A DNA stretch of 64,000 bases from Phyllosticta citribraziliensis (GCF_038025025.1 NW_027117354.1:186001-250000); one strand, 5' to 3'. Shown: positions 38,219 through 49,723, counted from the stretch's first letter. Notes: generated from the letters alone by a model not told the origin. Program-made: numbers and translations.

Positions 38219-38244
38219 GCTCCATCTCTTTCCAGTGCTGATGA

Positions 38245-40662
38245 ATGCAGTCAAAGCAGACCAAGGCGGAAAATACGCAGCCGGAAAACACGCAGCCTGA
38301 GAAAAACTCCCCCGAGGATGAAAGCGTCGCTATTGAGACCAGGACCGAACTGGTCTTGAAAGCTGTCAACGAGACGTCCCACGGTCCATCTCTGCCTCAT
38401 TCGGTCGCCGAATGCGTCGAATTCGTCTACGAGCCTCTGGAGACGACACAATTTCGCGTTTTGAAGATTCATCCGGGAGCCAAGGGGGCGCCTCTTGAAG
38501 CCGACTTGGTTCATGCGTCATTGACGGATGCTCCACAGTACCAAGCATTGTCGTACACGTGGGGATCTCTGGAGCCACCATTCTATATGAGTTGCAATGG
38601 TATCGAAATGCGAGTCACCAAGAGCCTGTATGACGCGCTCTGCAACGCTCGCAAAGAAGACGAGACTCTGACCATCTGGGCCGACGCTGTTTGCATAAAC
38701 CAGAAGGACGTTGCTGAGAAGTCGGTACAAGTTGCTCTGATGCGTGAGATTTACAGCAAAGCGGATAGCCTGTTCATTTGGGTCGGACAGCCTAAGGATC
38801 CCGACGATGCGACTTTGGTCTCGGACACTTTTGATCACCTGGAATCTCTGTTACTCCAGGCTCTGGACGCTGATGTTTGGCGTATCAAAGACTGCCTCTC
38901 TGATGAGATGAAGGATTACCTTGCGTTCATGATGACCGAAAAATTTGGTTGCAGCCCGAAAGAGCGTCTGGAATTCCTCAAACCATCCCAGTGGACGGTT
39001 TTTTTCCAATTTTTCCTCATGCCTTGGTTCACCCGGGTCTGGATCTACCAGGAAGTGACCTCCATTCGAAAGACGGCCGAGAAAAACATAACACTGGCTT
39101 ACGGCAACGCAAAACTATCTTGGGCCAAATTTGCTGTCGTAACCAGAGGCTTGATTTGCTTTTGGTTGGACATAGCTTTGGACTTGGCTGAGGTCCCGAG
39201 AGACAAATTCCCGATGAAGATCATCGAAATGATTGAGCTGGAGCGGACAACGCAATGGATAAACCTTCAGCTCCCGGACGAAACTCTCAGCGAGGAGAAG
39301 CTTCTCGAAATTATTGAATGCGCAGCATCCACCAATCTTCGCCCGATCATTATCGCCGAATATGACATGGAAGCATACAGAAAAATCCCGAACCTGGAGG
39401 CAGAAAAGTCCTGGCTCAAAAACACCACGCACGGCGTGTCCGAGCGATGCAAATCTTTCGGTTTTCGGATTCCTCCGATCATTTTAAAGTATCGAAACTT
39501 TATCCGCGGGAGGAAGACGAATGGTTCGGCGTCTGGAAGACTCTTTAAGCATCTTGATTTGTCTCGTCGACTTTCCAGCACCGATGCGCGGGACAAACTC
39601 TTCGCGTTTTGCGGCCTTCTTCACGACGAGATTGAAAGCGAGTCGAACCAAAAGCTAGCGCCAAATTACAGGAAATCGGTGGCGGATGTTTTCATCGATC
39701 TGACCTTGTACTTTGTGCAGGAGGAGCTTTGTCTCGACATTTTCGAGCTTCTTCCGGACCAAGTCGAGATTCCCGAGACTCTCAAGATTGAAGGTCTTCC
39801 TACTTGGACCGTTGACTTGACACAAGCGCCAAAAGCCGAGCTTATGATGCCTTCGGCGTCAATTTCTACCGATGGCAGTAACGACCGCGGACTTTCATCG
39901 TACGCGCTGGGTGTTGGTGTTTCTGCAGATCGACGCCAGCTTGGGCTGAGTGTGTATGCCTTGTGTCAAATACAGGGGCTAGTACCGCCAGCACCAGAGA
40001 CGCCCATTCCGTACAAAGAGCACCTACAAAGCTTGCGCGAGATGCCGAACTTTGTGCAAGTCGAAGGTGAAGACATTGTCAACGATCCACTCGTTTGGGC
40101 CAAGGAAGCAACATATGTTAGTGGTGGTTCCGTATATGAAGCATTCTGGCGCACTGCTGCAGGCAGCGCTCTCGCTTGGGGACCTGCTGGCGACGAGGAC
40201 TCCGAGTTTGTCTGGCGGACGTTTTTTGAAGGTTGGCACAAACGAATGTGGAATACACTGCATCATAGCGACGATGGCAGTGACGCTGACAGTATCTGTG
40301 AGAAGCATCCAGAGCTGAGTTTCGAAGAGCGGCATTGGCAACTTGAAGGCTCAAAGCCTTTTTCTGCGCATCGACAGTACTGCACCACGAGGCGCGGATT
40401 CATGGGCTGGGTGCCACAGCGCGCAAGAGTTAGGGACACCGTCTGCATCATCCCAGGCGCGCGAATGCCGTACTTGATCAGACCGACGGAAGTGGGGGAG
40501 CATTGGGAACTCGTTGGCCCTGCGTATATACACGGCGTGATGGAGGGCCTCTTCGATTCGGAACGGAACCGAACTGTACTCTCGCCAATACTCCCGACAC
40601 TCTCGACCAAGGGCGAGGAGCTTCTTAGCCCTGACTCAGTTTTGAACATTTGCCTAGTTTAG
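38245..40662 (+). CDS. Heterokaryon incompatibility HET-domain protein (HET-6-like); probably the C-terminal exon of an AAA-HET fusion
   Basis: YQALSYTWG, IWADAVCINQ.D..EK..QV.LM.EIYS.A, PWFTRVWIYQEV, STDARDKLFA, LPTW, C-terminal TRRGFMGWVP...DTVCII.GARMPYLIRP...LVGPAYIHGVMEG. Confidence 0.93.
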   Translation: MQSKQTKAENTQPENTQPEKNSPEDESVAIETRTELVLKAVNETSHGPSLPHSVAECVEFVYEPLETTQFRVLKIHPGAKGAPLEADLVHASLTDAPQYQALSYTWGSLEPPFYMSCNGIEMRVTKSLYDALCNARKEDETLTIWADAVCINQKDVAEKSVQVALMREIYSKADSLFIWVGQPKDPDDATLVSDTFDHLESLLLQALDADVWRIKDCLSDEMKDYLAFMMTEKFGCSPKERLEFLKPSQWTVFFQFFLMPWFTRVWIYQEVTSIRKTAEKNITLAYGNAKLSWAKFAVVTRGLICFWLDIALDLAEVPRDKFPMKIIEMIELERTTQWINLQLPDETLSEEKLLEIIECAASTNLRPIIIAEYDMEAYRKIPNLEAEKSWLKNTTHGVSERCKSFGFRIPPIILKYRNFIRGRKTNGSASGRLFKHLDLSRRLSSTDARDKLFAFCGLLHDEIESESNQKLAPNYRKSVADVFIDLTLYFVQEELCLDIFELLPDQVEIPETLKIEGLPTWTVDLTQAPKAELMMPSASISTDGSNDRGLSSYALGVGVSADRRQLGLSVYALCQIQGLVPPAPETPIPYKEHLQSLREMPNFVQVEGEDIVNDPLVWAKEATYVSGGSVYEAFWRTAAGSALAWGPAGDEDSEFVWRTFFEGWHKRMWNTLHHSDDGSDADSICEKHPELSFEERHWQLEGSKPFSAHRQYCTTRRGFMGWVPQRARVRDTVCIIPGARMPYLIRPTEVGEHWELVGPAYIHGVMEGLFDSERNRTVLSPILPTLSTKGEELLSPDSVLNICLV

Positions 40663-42086
40663 GTTGTCCAGGTGAAATGGTGCGGATGGAGGTTCCCTCG
40701 TTCTGAGGTGAAGAAAGGTCCGGACTTTGAGCCAAATTGGTGAGGGAGAATCATTTGAATCAGGCTGGAAACTGTGTGCAGCGGAGGTAGCGAGTTCAAT
40801 GGAAGATCTGCTCCAGACTCGAGGGTGGAGAGCTTGTGGCGTTGCTGGTTGCCGTCGCATGTTGCCGCCGCATGTTGCCGCGAGGTGCTGTACTGTGAGG
40901 GTCGTCGAGTCAGTATATATACCAATAAAACAGCCCAATTGTCAAGACAGGAGCATCAAGTGTAAACCGATACACTTGATGCTCCTGTCCGGTTTACTTT
41001 TTTGGTTTCAGCACCATATTGTGCATTTGCCAAGACCGGCCATAAGGATTCCACATTAGGAAGTGCGAAAACCGGTGTTCAAGTCCGCGGGTGCGCTTTG
41101 TTTTTCTTCTTTTGATGTCGAGACTGTCCCTGTGGGAGAGCTGCAGCCTTGCGAGTCTTTTTGCCGCTAAAAATCCCTCCACGTTACTTCAAGTCACCCT
41201 CAGTCTGTCCGTCTACCCAAAATCTGGCGTGCTTCCGCGGGTCCTTTGCATCACGTCGCTGATCTTCTTGACTTGTGATCGATTTCAGGCTTGCGCCATA
41301 CAGGAAACTTTGCGGCGAGGGGGCCGAGGCAATCAGTGCGACGTCCAGGAGGAGACGAGATGGGAGGACGGCGAATTCTACGCAGCGATGACGCCGGTGG
41401 ACCGTGTGCGAGAGTGCAGACCGGGTTTCGAGCGCCGCAATCGATTCCAAGGTTCTGGAAGTAAAGTTTTGGGCCAGTTGCTCGCTCAAGACGCTCTAGG
41501 GGCTTCGGTGGCACATTTTACGGTCAGGCAGTCCAGAACGTGTTTGCGGTCGACGCTGGCGGAGGGAAAGGAGGCTCGGTGGGACGCTGGTGGTGGGGTG
41601 GTTCCAATTGAACCCGAGAGGCTGTTTGGCCGCCATGGTTGGCTAGACCGGTACGGCAAAGCTTCGAATGATCAAGGGTTTCACTAATCGTCGTCGAGAG
41701 TTTGATGGTGTTTTGCGGGCGTTGGAAAGCGCGTGGACATCAAGGTGTGTGGCACAGCGCCGCCGGATCGGCCCGATGGCTTAGCCCACCAGCCACACGC
41801 CCTCCGCTACACCACCAAGCACTTTTCGCTCTCTTCTCGACCTCGCTGGATTTTGGGTCTTGCATCGATTGAATTGCTTTGGGCAGACGCATGCTGCGTA
41901 AAATAGATCAATTTGAGGCTGTGAAATGGCGCTGAAAAGACATCGTTCCATCATTTATTGTTGCACTATTTTCTTCGTTCAGTTCGTAATTCTTCACTCG
42001 ATTCTCTGCTGAATCCCCTTTCCCATTCACCTTCCTCCCTGAAAATGCTCATCTCCAAATATCAGACGTACTCCGCCGTCCAAAGC

Positions 42087-44626
42087 TTACGAAACAACAA
42101 TCTCGCCCTCGAGCCTCAAATCACGGCTACTAGCACCAACCCACAGCTTGTACGACCCCTTTTGCAACTCCCACTGCTGCTCCACAACGTTCCAAATGCT
42201 GAGGTCGCGTCTGCGCAGCTCAAAGACGGCAGTGGCCGACTCGCCGGGTGCAAGAGGTCCCACCTTGTCAAAACCGCGCAGCTGGCGCAAGGGAGCGTTG
42301 GGGATGCCAAGGTAGAGCTGGGCAACTTCAGCACCCGACGCGCCAGTGGTGCCATTGTTGGAAATGACGGCCGTAACGTTGTACAGCGTGTCCCAGAGCT
42401 GCGGGTGACCACCTTGGACGAGCGGGATGGAGGCATCGGGAAACGCAGAGACGCTGGTGTTGTCGGCGGACGACAGGTCCTCGATGTGCAGATTCGCATA
42501 CGAAAAGGTCGTGTAGCTGAGACCAAAGCCGAACTCGAAGCGCGGAGTGACGTTGAGCTTGGCATCAAAGGCGCGATAGTCAATGTAGAGGCCCTCGTCA
42601 AAGTCGGACTGCGGGAACCACTCGTCCGAGATGGTGTGATCGAGGAGGTTGCCATAGTCGGACTCTTGACGAGCAACCGTGTAGTGCAGCTTGCCAGAGG
42701 GAGAAGTGGCACCGTAGAGAACATCGACGAGCGAGTGCCCTGACTCTTGGCCTGGAGTGCCAGCGAAGATGACGGCGGTGACGTTTTCGTGGTCAATCCA
42801 GGGGTCGACGAGCCGGACACCGGCGCTGTGGATCACGACGACCGTGTTGGAGCAGTTCTTCGCGACATTCTTGACCAAGTTGTCGGAGAACTCGTCGACC
42901 AGAGAAGGTCTGTCGAACGACTCGGACGCGTAGGCGTTGATGAAGACCAAGCAGACTTGAGCAGTTGCCGAGACATGTGGCTGCTCACTCCAGAAATTCC
43001 AACGGACGATGCCGCCGTCCTCAATGACTTGGTCCTGGATCGCCTTGAACGGGCTGATGACGTACGGAGGGATGTTGCCTCCGCTGCCACCTCCAACAAT
43101 GAGCGTTCCGTTAAACGTGTTCCACCTGAAAGTAGAGTTAGTATCGGGACCAGGGCTTCAAACGAGGGTATTTCGAAGGCTTAAAACGCACAAATGGTTC
43201 ACTTCGTAGCCACCTCCATAGCGCGCTACGTTCTCCCAGGGTTCGGCTTTGATGTCGGCATCGTATCCGTAGATCGCGACAAACTGGGGGGCTTTCAGGG
43301 GCAGGGTGTTGTTAACATTTTTTACGAGAACGTGGCCGGCAGCACCAATCTCGCGAATAATCTTCTTGTGGTCTCTCTGCACATTGACAATAGGATGCTC
43401 TTCAGTGTCAGAAAAGACGCCGACATCCGGGTAGTCCTCCTGTTCGAGATAGTAGTAAGCAGCAAGTGTGCGGGTGACCATGTCGTCCAGGCGGTCGACG
43501 GCGACAGAGCTGTTGTTGACAGCTTGCGTCTGTAATACTGTCAGCACGTCTCTTGTTTGTCGAGATCATAGGACTTACAAGATTGGCTCCCCAGTAGGTA
43601 GACCCCAGGGGCATGACCACATCCAACCCAGCATTGGCGGACGCGATACCCGTGTGCTGGCCTTCCCAATCCGATACAACGAACCCCTCAAAATGCATCT
43701 CCGTCTTCAGGATGCCATTGAGAAGCTTCGAGTTCTGGCAGGCATACGAGTTGTTGGCCCTCTGGTACGAGCACATGACGCAGGCAGCGCCAGCTTTGAG
43801 CGCATCGTAAAAGGGGAAGGCGTAGAGCTCGTGAGCGGTCCGGTCATCCACATTCGCCGAAATGGCTTCTCCAATGGGGTCGTATGTCTGGTTTGGGCGG
43901 CGCCTCAACTCTTGCTCGTTGAAGAGAAAGTGCTACTGAATGTCAGTAATGCTCCGAAACTCAAAGCGAGGTAGTACCTTGGCCGTTGCAATTACACCGC
44001 TGCTTTGCATGCCAGTAGTGACTTGATACATGCCCCATCCCGCGAGGTACGGGTCCGAGCTCAGTCCTTCCCAATTGCGGCCTCCTTTGGCAATGCGACC
44101 AAGTGGCCCAGCAACAGGACCAAGAGCGACATTGATGCCTGTAATTACGTCAGAAGTGGGGGTGAAAGAGATGGATCGTCGTACCCTTGTCGTAATACTC
44201 CCTGCCAATTGCTTTTCCGTATGCCAGGAACAAGTCCTTGTCCCAGGTTGCGGCCAAATGGGACTGCGACGGAAAGGCAGAGACAAAGTCGCTGCCACGA
44301 ATACCATCAGGGGCATCCGCGAAGCACAATGGCTCAATGCCAAGACGAGGAACTGCTCCAGTGTTGCCGACGCATGCTCCTGTGTAGCCACCGGTGATGT
44401 TGACCTTTTCTTCCAACTCCAATTGCGCGAGAATCTCACGGGCTTTGGCGTAGGCGGCAGCCCATCTGGAAGAGGAGGTGCCGTTAGTCTGAGGAGAAGG
44501 GTAGACTGGCGGACTCTGCCCGTAGTAAGGCAGTTCTGAAGGATGGTTCGTCCAGGTGTAGTTCTGGGCAAAAGCTGGAGCACCAGCAGCCACTATCGAG
44601 GCCAAGTAAAGAGGAACGGACTTCAT
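42087..44626 (-). CDS. Secreted glycoside hydrolase family 3 beta-glucosidase
   Basis: Signal peptide [60 protein letters not shown] (nucleophile Asp), [21 protein letters not shown]-terminal Fn3-like LRGFDKV; four introns. Confidence 0.95.
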
Positions 44627-46071
44627 GGCTTGGTCTAGTGGCACCAGTTCTTGGAGCCTGTGAATCAGGCAATAGGTTTGTTAAATAGTGCAATCCTGCC
44701 GGTGATAGTTAATTCCGCCATCTTGGCAGCAGCTCATTCCACATTTCGTCTTGAGCGCCCTGAGCATCCACGATGGGAAAAGGCCCGAAGTTCCTGCATA
44801 CTGCGGTGTCACAGTGGGATGCGGTTCGTTTTCAACGCATTGAAGTCGTGCATCGTCGGTGTGCCGTCTGGTGGAGTGAGTACAAGATGCAATATTCAGA
44901 CAGAGACTGAAAGAAAGGGACAGGAGAGGTTGAACGCTTCAAGGACCAAGCAGTGAATTCAATCGAGGCCGATACCTCCTGTCATCGGCTCGGATCAGCT
45001 ACGCCGTGTCGGGGCACAGGCGAAGAGCCATGCGGTAATATCCGCGTGACGATTCAAGCCGGTTGTTGAGCCGCTCCCGGCGGCCTGATACCCGATCCGA
45101 GTAACAATCTGGATGACCACACACCACCTTACCATGATACCATTGGAGGTTCACGCTGGTCATGTGCAGCATCTATCCAATTGAATTGATCAAAACTTGA
45201 GCAAAGTTTGTGGCAGAAAGACACAGAAAGCATGCCTGGGGCAAAATCCAGGATACAAACATTCTCATCACCTACTCCGCACCCCAACTTCCACCCCACT
45301 CTCTGGTGCGGGGCCTGCACGGACCGTTTAGGGCCAGAGCTCGATGGTGTGAAAAGGCCGCATTTCTGCCGTCACTTTGCCGTTGGTGGAGTCAACCGTG
45401 CAGGCGTCACTCGAGATGGACTGACCTGAGGAGGTAAACCGGAAGAGCTTCGCATGAAGCTTGAGTTGAATCTTATGGCGTACGAGCTGTCAACCCGGGT
45501 CTGGTTAACCACCGGCCCGAATCTCGGAGGCCTCAAATAAGCTTTAAGTTATGCTTGCCATGATTCTTTCGACGACATGGGACCACAAAGCAGGCTCCTG
45601 GCGACGAATCATGAGAGAATCGGGCGCCATCCTTGTAAAGGGTTTCTGGGCAGTAAATCCGGGGAAAACATCGACACCATGAGCTGTGAGAAGGAGGTCC
45701 GCAGGGAAGGTCGATTGACTGGAGAAGAAACATCGTGAAATGATCTGTTGACATCAGGCACGCGATTGGCAGTCTGTCAGATGGAGCTGGTCAGCTCTGT
45801 TGGGCTGAGTGCAAGGCGTGGAGATTGGTAGTCGTCGAGTGGTCCACAAGATCATCCATGGCGAAAAGAAACGATAGCATAGAGATGCGTCGTTGGTGCG
45901 GTGGAGGTGTTGGTAGGTACCAACCGCCGGGGTCGAGCTCTTCGCGGAGCAATGTTTTGCCGTTCCGCGCAGGGTCCGTGCCGTGTTCGAGCTGCCCGCG
46001 GCCATGCCCGATTGACGACACCAAGCTGGCCATTGTCGTCAAACACATTTCCCTGTCACCGGATCAACAAA

Positions 46072-47309
46072 ATGGAGGGTCTCTACTACAATGTGCAGAA
46101 TGGGTAAGTCTCAGCCCGACCATGCAACACTTCAGCTGATTGCGAGACAGCTACATCGAGGGCATCGTACGCGGTTACCGCAACGCCCTTCTGACCGGCC
46201 AGAACTACGGAAACCTGACGCAGTGCGAGACCATCGACGGTATGCGCATCCATCCGTCATCTCCGCGAAGACGACTGACAACCTCTAGATGTGAAGCTTC
46301 AGCTCTCTCCGGCCTACGGCGACTTTCTCTCCGCTCTCCCTCCCAACCCGTCCACCTCCGCTTTGGCCAACAAAGCTACCGAGAAGCTAGTCTCCGAGTT
46401 CCGCTACCTGCAGTCCAACGCGACGGGCTCCCTCGCCAAGTTTATGGAGTACCTCACCTATGGATACATGATAGACAACGTCGCGTTGTTGATCACGGGC
46501 ACGCTGCACGAGCGCGACACTAGGGAGCTTCTGGAGCGGTGTCATCCCCTCGGCTGGTTCGAGACCATGCCAGTCCTGTGTGTCGCCACCAACATCGAGG
46601 AGCTGTACAACTCGGTCCTGATCGAAACTCCCCTGGCAGCCTACTTCAAGGGCTCGCTCAGCCACCAAGACCTGGACGAGCTCAACATTGAAATCATTCG
46701 CAACACGCTGTACAAGAACTACCTCGAGGACTTTCACAATTGGGTCAACACGGACGCAGAGATGAAGGGCAGCCCGACGGCCGAGGTCATGACGGAGGTG
46801 CTGGAATTCGAGGCCGACAGGAGAGCCATCAACATTACGCTCAACTCGTTCGGCACAGACCTGTCCAAGGCGGACCGCAAGAAGCTGTACCCCAGCTTTG
46901 GCCGGCTGTACCCCGAGGGTTCCCTCATGCTGTCCCGCGCCGATGACGTCGAGGGCGTTAGGATCGCAGTCGAGGGCATTTCGGACTACAAGACCTTTTT
47001 CGACCAAACAGGTCTCGGCGGCGGATCCGGTATTGGAAACATGGCTGGCGGCAGCGGTGGCGAGAGCAGGAGCCTGGAGGACATGTTCTATCAAAAGGAG
47101 ATGGAGATTTCGAAGTTGGCGTTTACGCGGCAATTCACGCATTCGGTCGTGTATGCGTGGGTGAAGCTCAAGGAGCAGGTAAGACAAGCATACTCTCATC
47201 CACGTCAGGAGCTAATCGCGCCCAGGAAATCCGCAACATCACTTGGATATCTGAGTGCATTGCGCAGAACCAGAAGGAGAGGATCGGCAACTACATTAGT
47301 GTGTTTTAA
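46072..47309 (+). CDS. vma6: V-type proton ATPase subunit d
   Basis: MEGLYYNVQNG|YIEGIVRGYRN..., YGYMIDNVALLITGTLHERD, CHPLGWF, EIIRNTLYKNYLEDF, FEADRRAINITLNSFGT, LKEQ|EIRNITWISECIAQNQKERIGNYISVF; introns 46104-46150, 46239-46288 and 47179-47225. Confidence 0.97.
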
Positions 47310-47583
47310 TCCTCGAGCGCTGGCCCGTCTTTTTGAATATCCTGTAGCATGCTTTTCAGGGCGTTTTGGGCTTGGTGTAAATATACGTTCTTGTCACGAC
47401 TTAAAACTGCTCGAGTCTACTGTCTTTGGTCCAATGAAGCCTGATGCCATGGAAATTTCGAGGATCTTGTCACGCCCACACGCCTGCCATGTAAAATGTG
47501 CCCCATGGGTATCAAGCTGAATGCAAGTTCAGCACGCCATCTCCGAGGCCATGCCTTTCAACTCCATAGCGAACGTCGCTCCC

Positions 47584-48345
47584 TCAGTCGCCCGTGTCAA
47601 GCTCCAGGTCCAGTTGAACCCCATTGCTCACGCCATAGTCCTCAAGCGTCAGCTGGTCCTTGAATGGCCGCTCGCCTTGTCTCTTCAACATGATTTCATA
47701 CGGCTGACGACCAATCCTAGCTGCAACTTGCGCCTTGAACAACTCTGCAAAGAAAGTCAGTCTCATCCTCCCAAACCAGGCAGAAGACTTACTGATAGGA
47801 TCGCTGGCCAAGCACGGTATCTGCGCCTTGGTGCCCAGCCGATCGTTGACCGTGACAATAATCATTGGCTCCGTCGTCGGCGCAATCTTGTGCTCAACCT
47901 TCTTCTCCTTCTTCTTGCCGTCGCCTCCCGCGGGCTTGTCCGGCGCGCTCGCCATGCCAAACTTGGACGCCACGTCTAGCGCCTCGTCCTTGTCGTTCTC
48001 GCGTCGCCGTTCACGATGACCTGGGCTACGCTCCCGCCGCGCTGGCCTTTGGCGGTCTCTGTCGCCGCGCGGGCTCCTCGAACGTCGTCGGTCGCCGTCT
48101 CGTCTGTTGCGGGCGTCATGGCGGTCGTCGCGGCGGGGCGGGGACCGGTTGGAGCGGTAGCCGCGCTGTAGACGGTCACCGCCGACTTCTCGCTCGCGCT
48201 CCTCTTCGAAGACGGCGCGAGAGGGCTTTTCTTTCCAACGGAAGCCTCCACCTCCACCTGTTTTGCGTGGGCGCTCGCGGCGGGGGGAGCGGGAGCCACT
48301 GCGAGATTTGTTGCGTGATTCCGGGGCCGGCGAGTCTGAAGGCAT
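47584..48345 (-). CDS. hub1: Ubiquitin-like modifier Hub1/UBL5 with a long N-terminal RS/RD-rich extension
   Basis: C-terminal MIIVTVNDRLGTKAQIPCLASDPI|KLFKAQVAARIGRQPYEIMLKRQGERPFKDQLTLEDYGVSNGVQLDL matches the Hub1 pattern; intron 47745-47792. Confidence 0.9.
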   Translation of the reverse strand: MPSDSPAPESRNKSRSGSRSPRRERPRKTGGGGGFRWKEKPSRAVFEEEREREVGGDRLQRGYRSNRSPPRRDDRHDARNRRDGDRRRSRSPRGDRDRQRPARRERSPGHRERRRENDKDEALDVASKFGMASAPDKPAGGDGKKKEKKVEHKIAPTTEPMIIVTVNDRLGTKAQIPCLASDPISKSSAWFGRMRLTFFAELFKAQVAARIGRQPYEIMLKRQGERPFKDQLTLEDYGVSNGVQLDLELDTGD

Positions 48346-48699
48346 GGCGGCTGTTGTAGGTGCAGGAAATCTGGCGAGATCAACTTGCGCCGAGGGTTGT
48401 TGGTGTAGCTTCGATGGCGCCAGGCGTTGTCAGGCTTGGGCCGAAGCTGGGACCGGGATGGCGTCGTCAACGGCAGGGATCTTAGCGCGCCGGAAATGTG
48501 CCGATAGGGCTGAACTTGGCCGGCTTCGATGCCGGTGGGTGCGGGCAGCTTGTCGACTCTCCCATTCCACCAACAAGTCGACGCGCGCTGGTTGCGCATG
48601 GCTTTCCGCGCGGAAGACTCGAGAGATTCATCTGGTGGTTGATCACTGGCTCTCTACTCCTTTGTCTATCCCAATTGTCCGGCGCGAATATCCGTCCAC

Positions 48700-49434
48700 A
48701 TGGACCACCCCACCGATATCCTGGGCATCCTCTACAGCCCCGTCCTCCGCTTGATGCGCATGTTTACGCGCACCACTCCTCCCGGTCTACATGTCGCCCG
48801 TCCCACATCGACGACCGTCTCCTTCACCGTCATGACCCGCCCGCCGGCGATTACGCTGTCACAAAAGATCCAAGTGTACTTCTGGTACTTGCTGAGGATA
48901 TGCCTTGGTGTGGTTATTCTCAGTCTGCTTTGGGCCAAGGCTCGCATGTACTACCCTCTGCCGGAGGAGGAAGGTTACGAACAATTGGTCTGGGAGAGTA
49001 GGGTTGGCTGGGGCTTGAGGAGTGCAGTCAAAGCCGTGGACGTGAGATTGCTCCTTGCGTTTGGCTTGTTCGGGCTATGGGCGGTGGTGAGGAGGGGCTA
49101 CACCGGTATGTTGTATCTGCTATGCTAGGATAGCCAGACTAACGGTAACCTAGAGGAGTCCTTGCTCGTTCTCAGCGGCCTTGGTATCCAAACGTCTTCT
49201 TCCTCCCCAACCTACCTTTCCACGGCAACGACTCGCTTCATTCCGACGGCTGCCATTCAAGATATCTTTATTCATGAGGCGTTCAAGGGCTTCGAGGTCA
49301 AATTCTATCTCGCCTTTGTGGTCGAGGGAGAGGAACATGCTGTTGTCGTATTTCCAAAGCTGTTGCCTTCGAGAAGAATCATTGAGGAGGTATGGAGGGG
49401 GGCGAAAGCTTGTCTATACGAGCCAAAATCATGA
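48700..49434 (+). CDS. gpi15: GPI-GlcNAc transferase complex subunit PIG-H/Gpi15 (start codon uncertain: 48700, 48754 or 48760)
   Basis: Two TM segments then RRGYT|EESLLVLSGLGIQT, RFIPT..IQDIFIHEAFKGFEVKFYL..VVEGE...VVVFPKLLP; intron 49106-49153. Confidence 0.9.
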
Positions 49435-49723
49435 CATCAATTCAAAAACACAATATTTAAGGCCAAATTCTGCATAGGAGCTGGTTAAGCCCAAATTCCA
49501 ATGCAAATACATCATGCCGTTGCACTTGATCTATCAGCCATCATATTACAAGAGTTGCACTTAGCACTCCAGTTGAATTGGAGTAAAGCAATCCAAATAT
49601 GGTCCATTTCTCGAACACGAATCCACCGGGGCTACGCACCGCCACAGCAGCTGCGCCACCCGAGTTCCGTGCGTGTCATTGCATCCGCGACACTTTTTTC
49701 TTCTCACCTATCATCCATCGAGC

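Noticed and set aside
38245..38250. ATG at 38245 as the main start of an independent HET gene
   Set aside because: It lies 26 bp after the upstream stop and inside a canonical intron; the fusion model fits better, so it is kept only as a possible minor isoform.
40663..42086. ORFs between the convergent HET and GH3 genes (e.g. 41091-41687)
   Set aside because: No domain features and interrupted frames; treated as intergenic/UTR.
44950..45110. CGG/CCG triplets upstream of the GH3 gene as Zn2Cys6 sites, or a structured RNA
   Set aside because: Motifs too short to distinguish from chance; no tRNA cloverleaf or A/B boxes seen.
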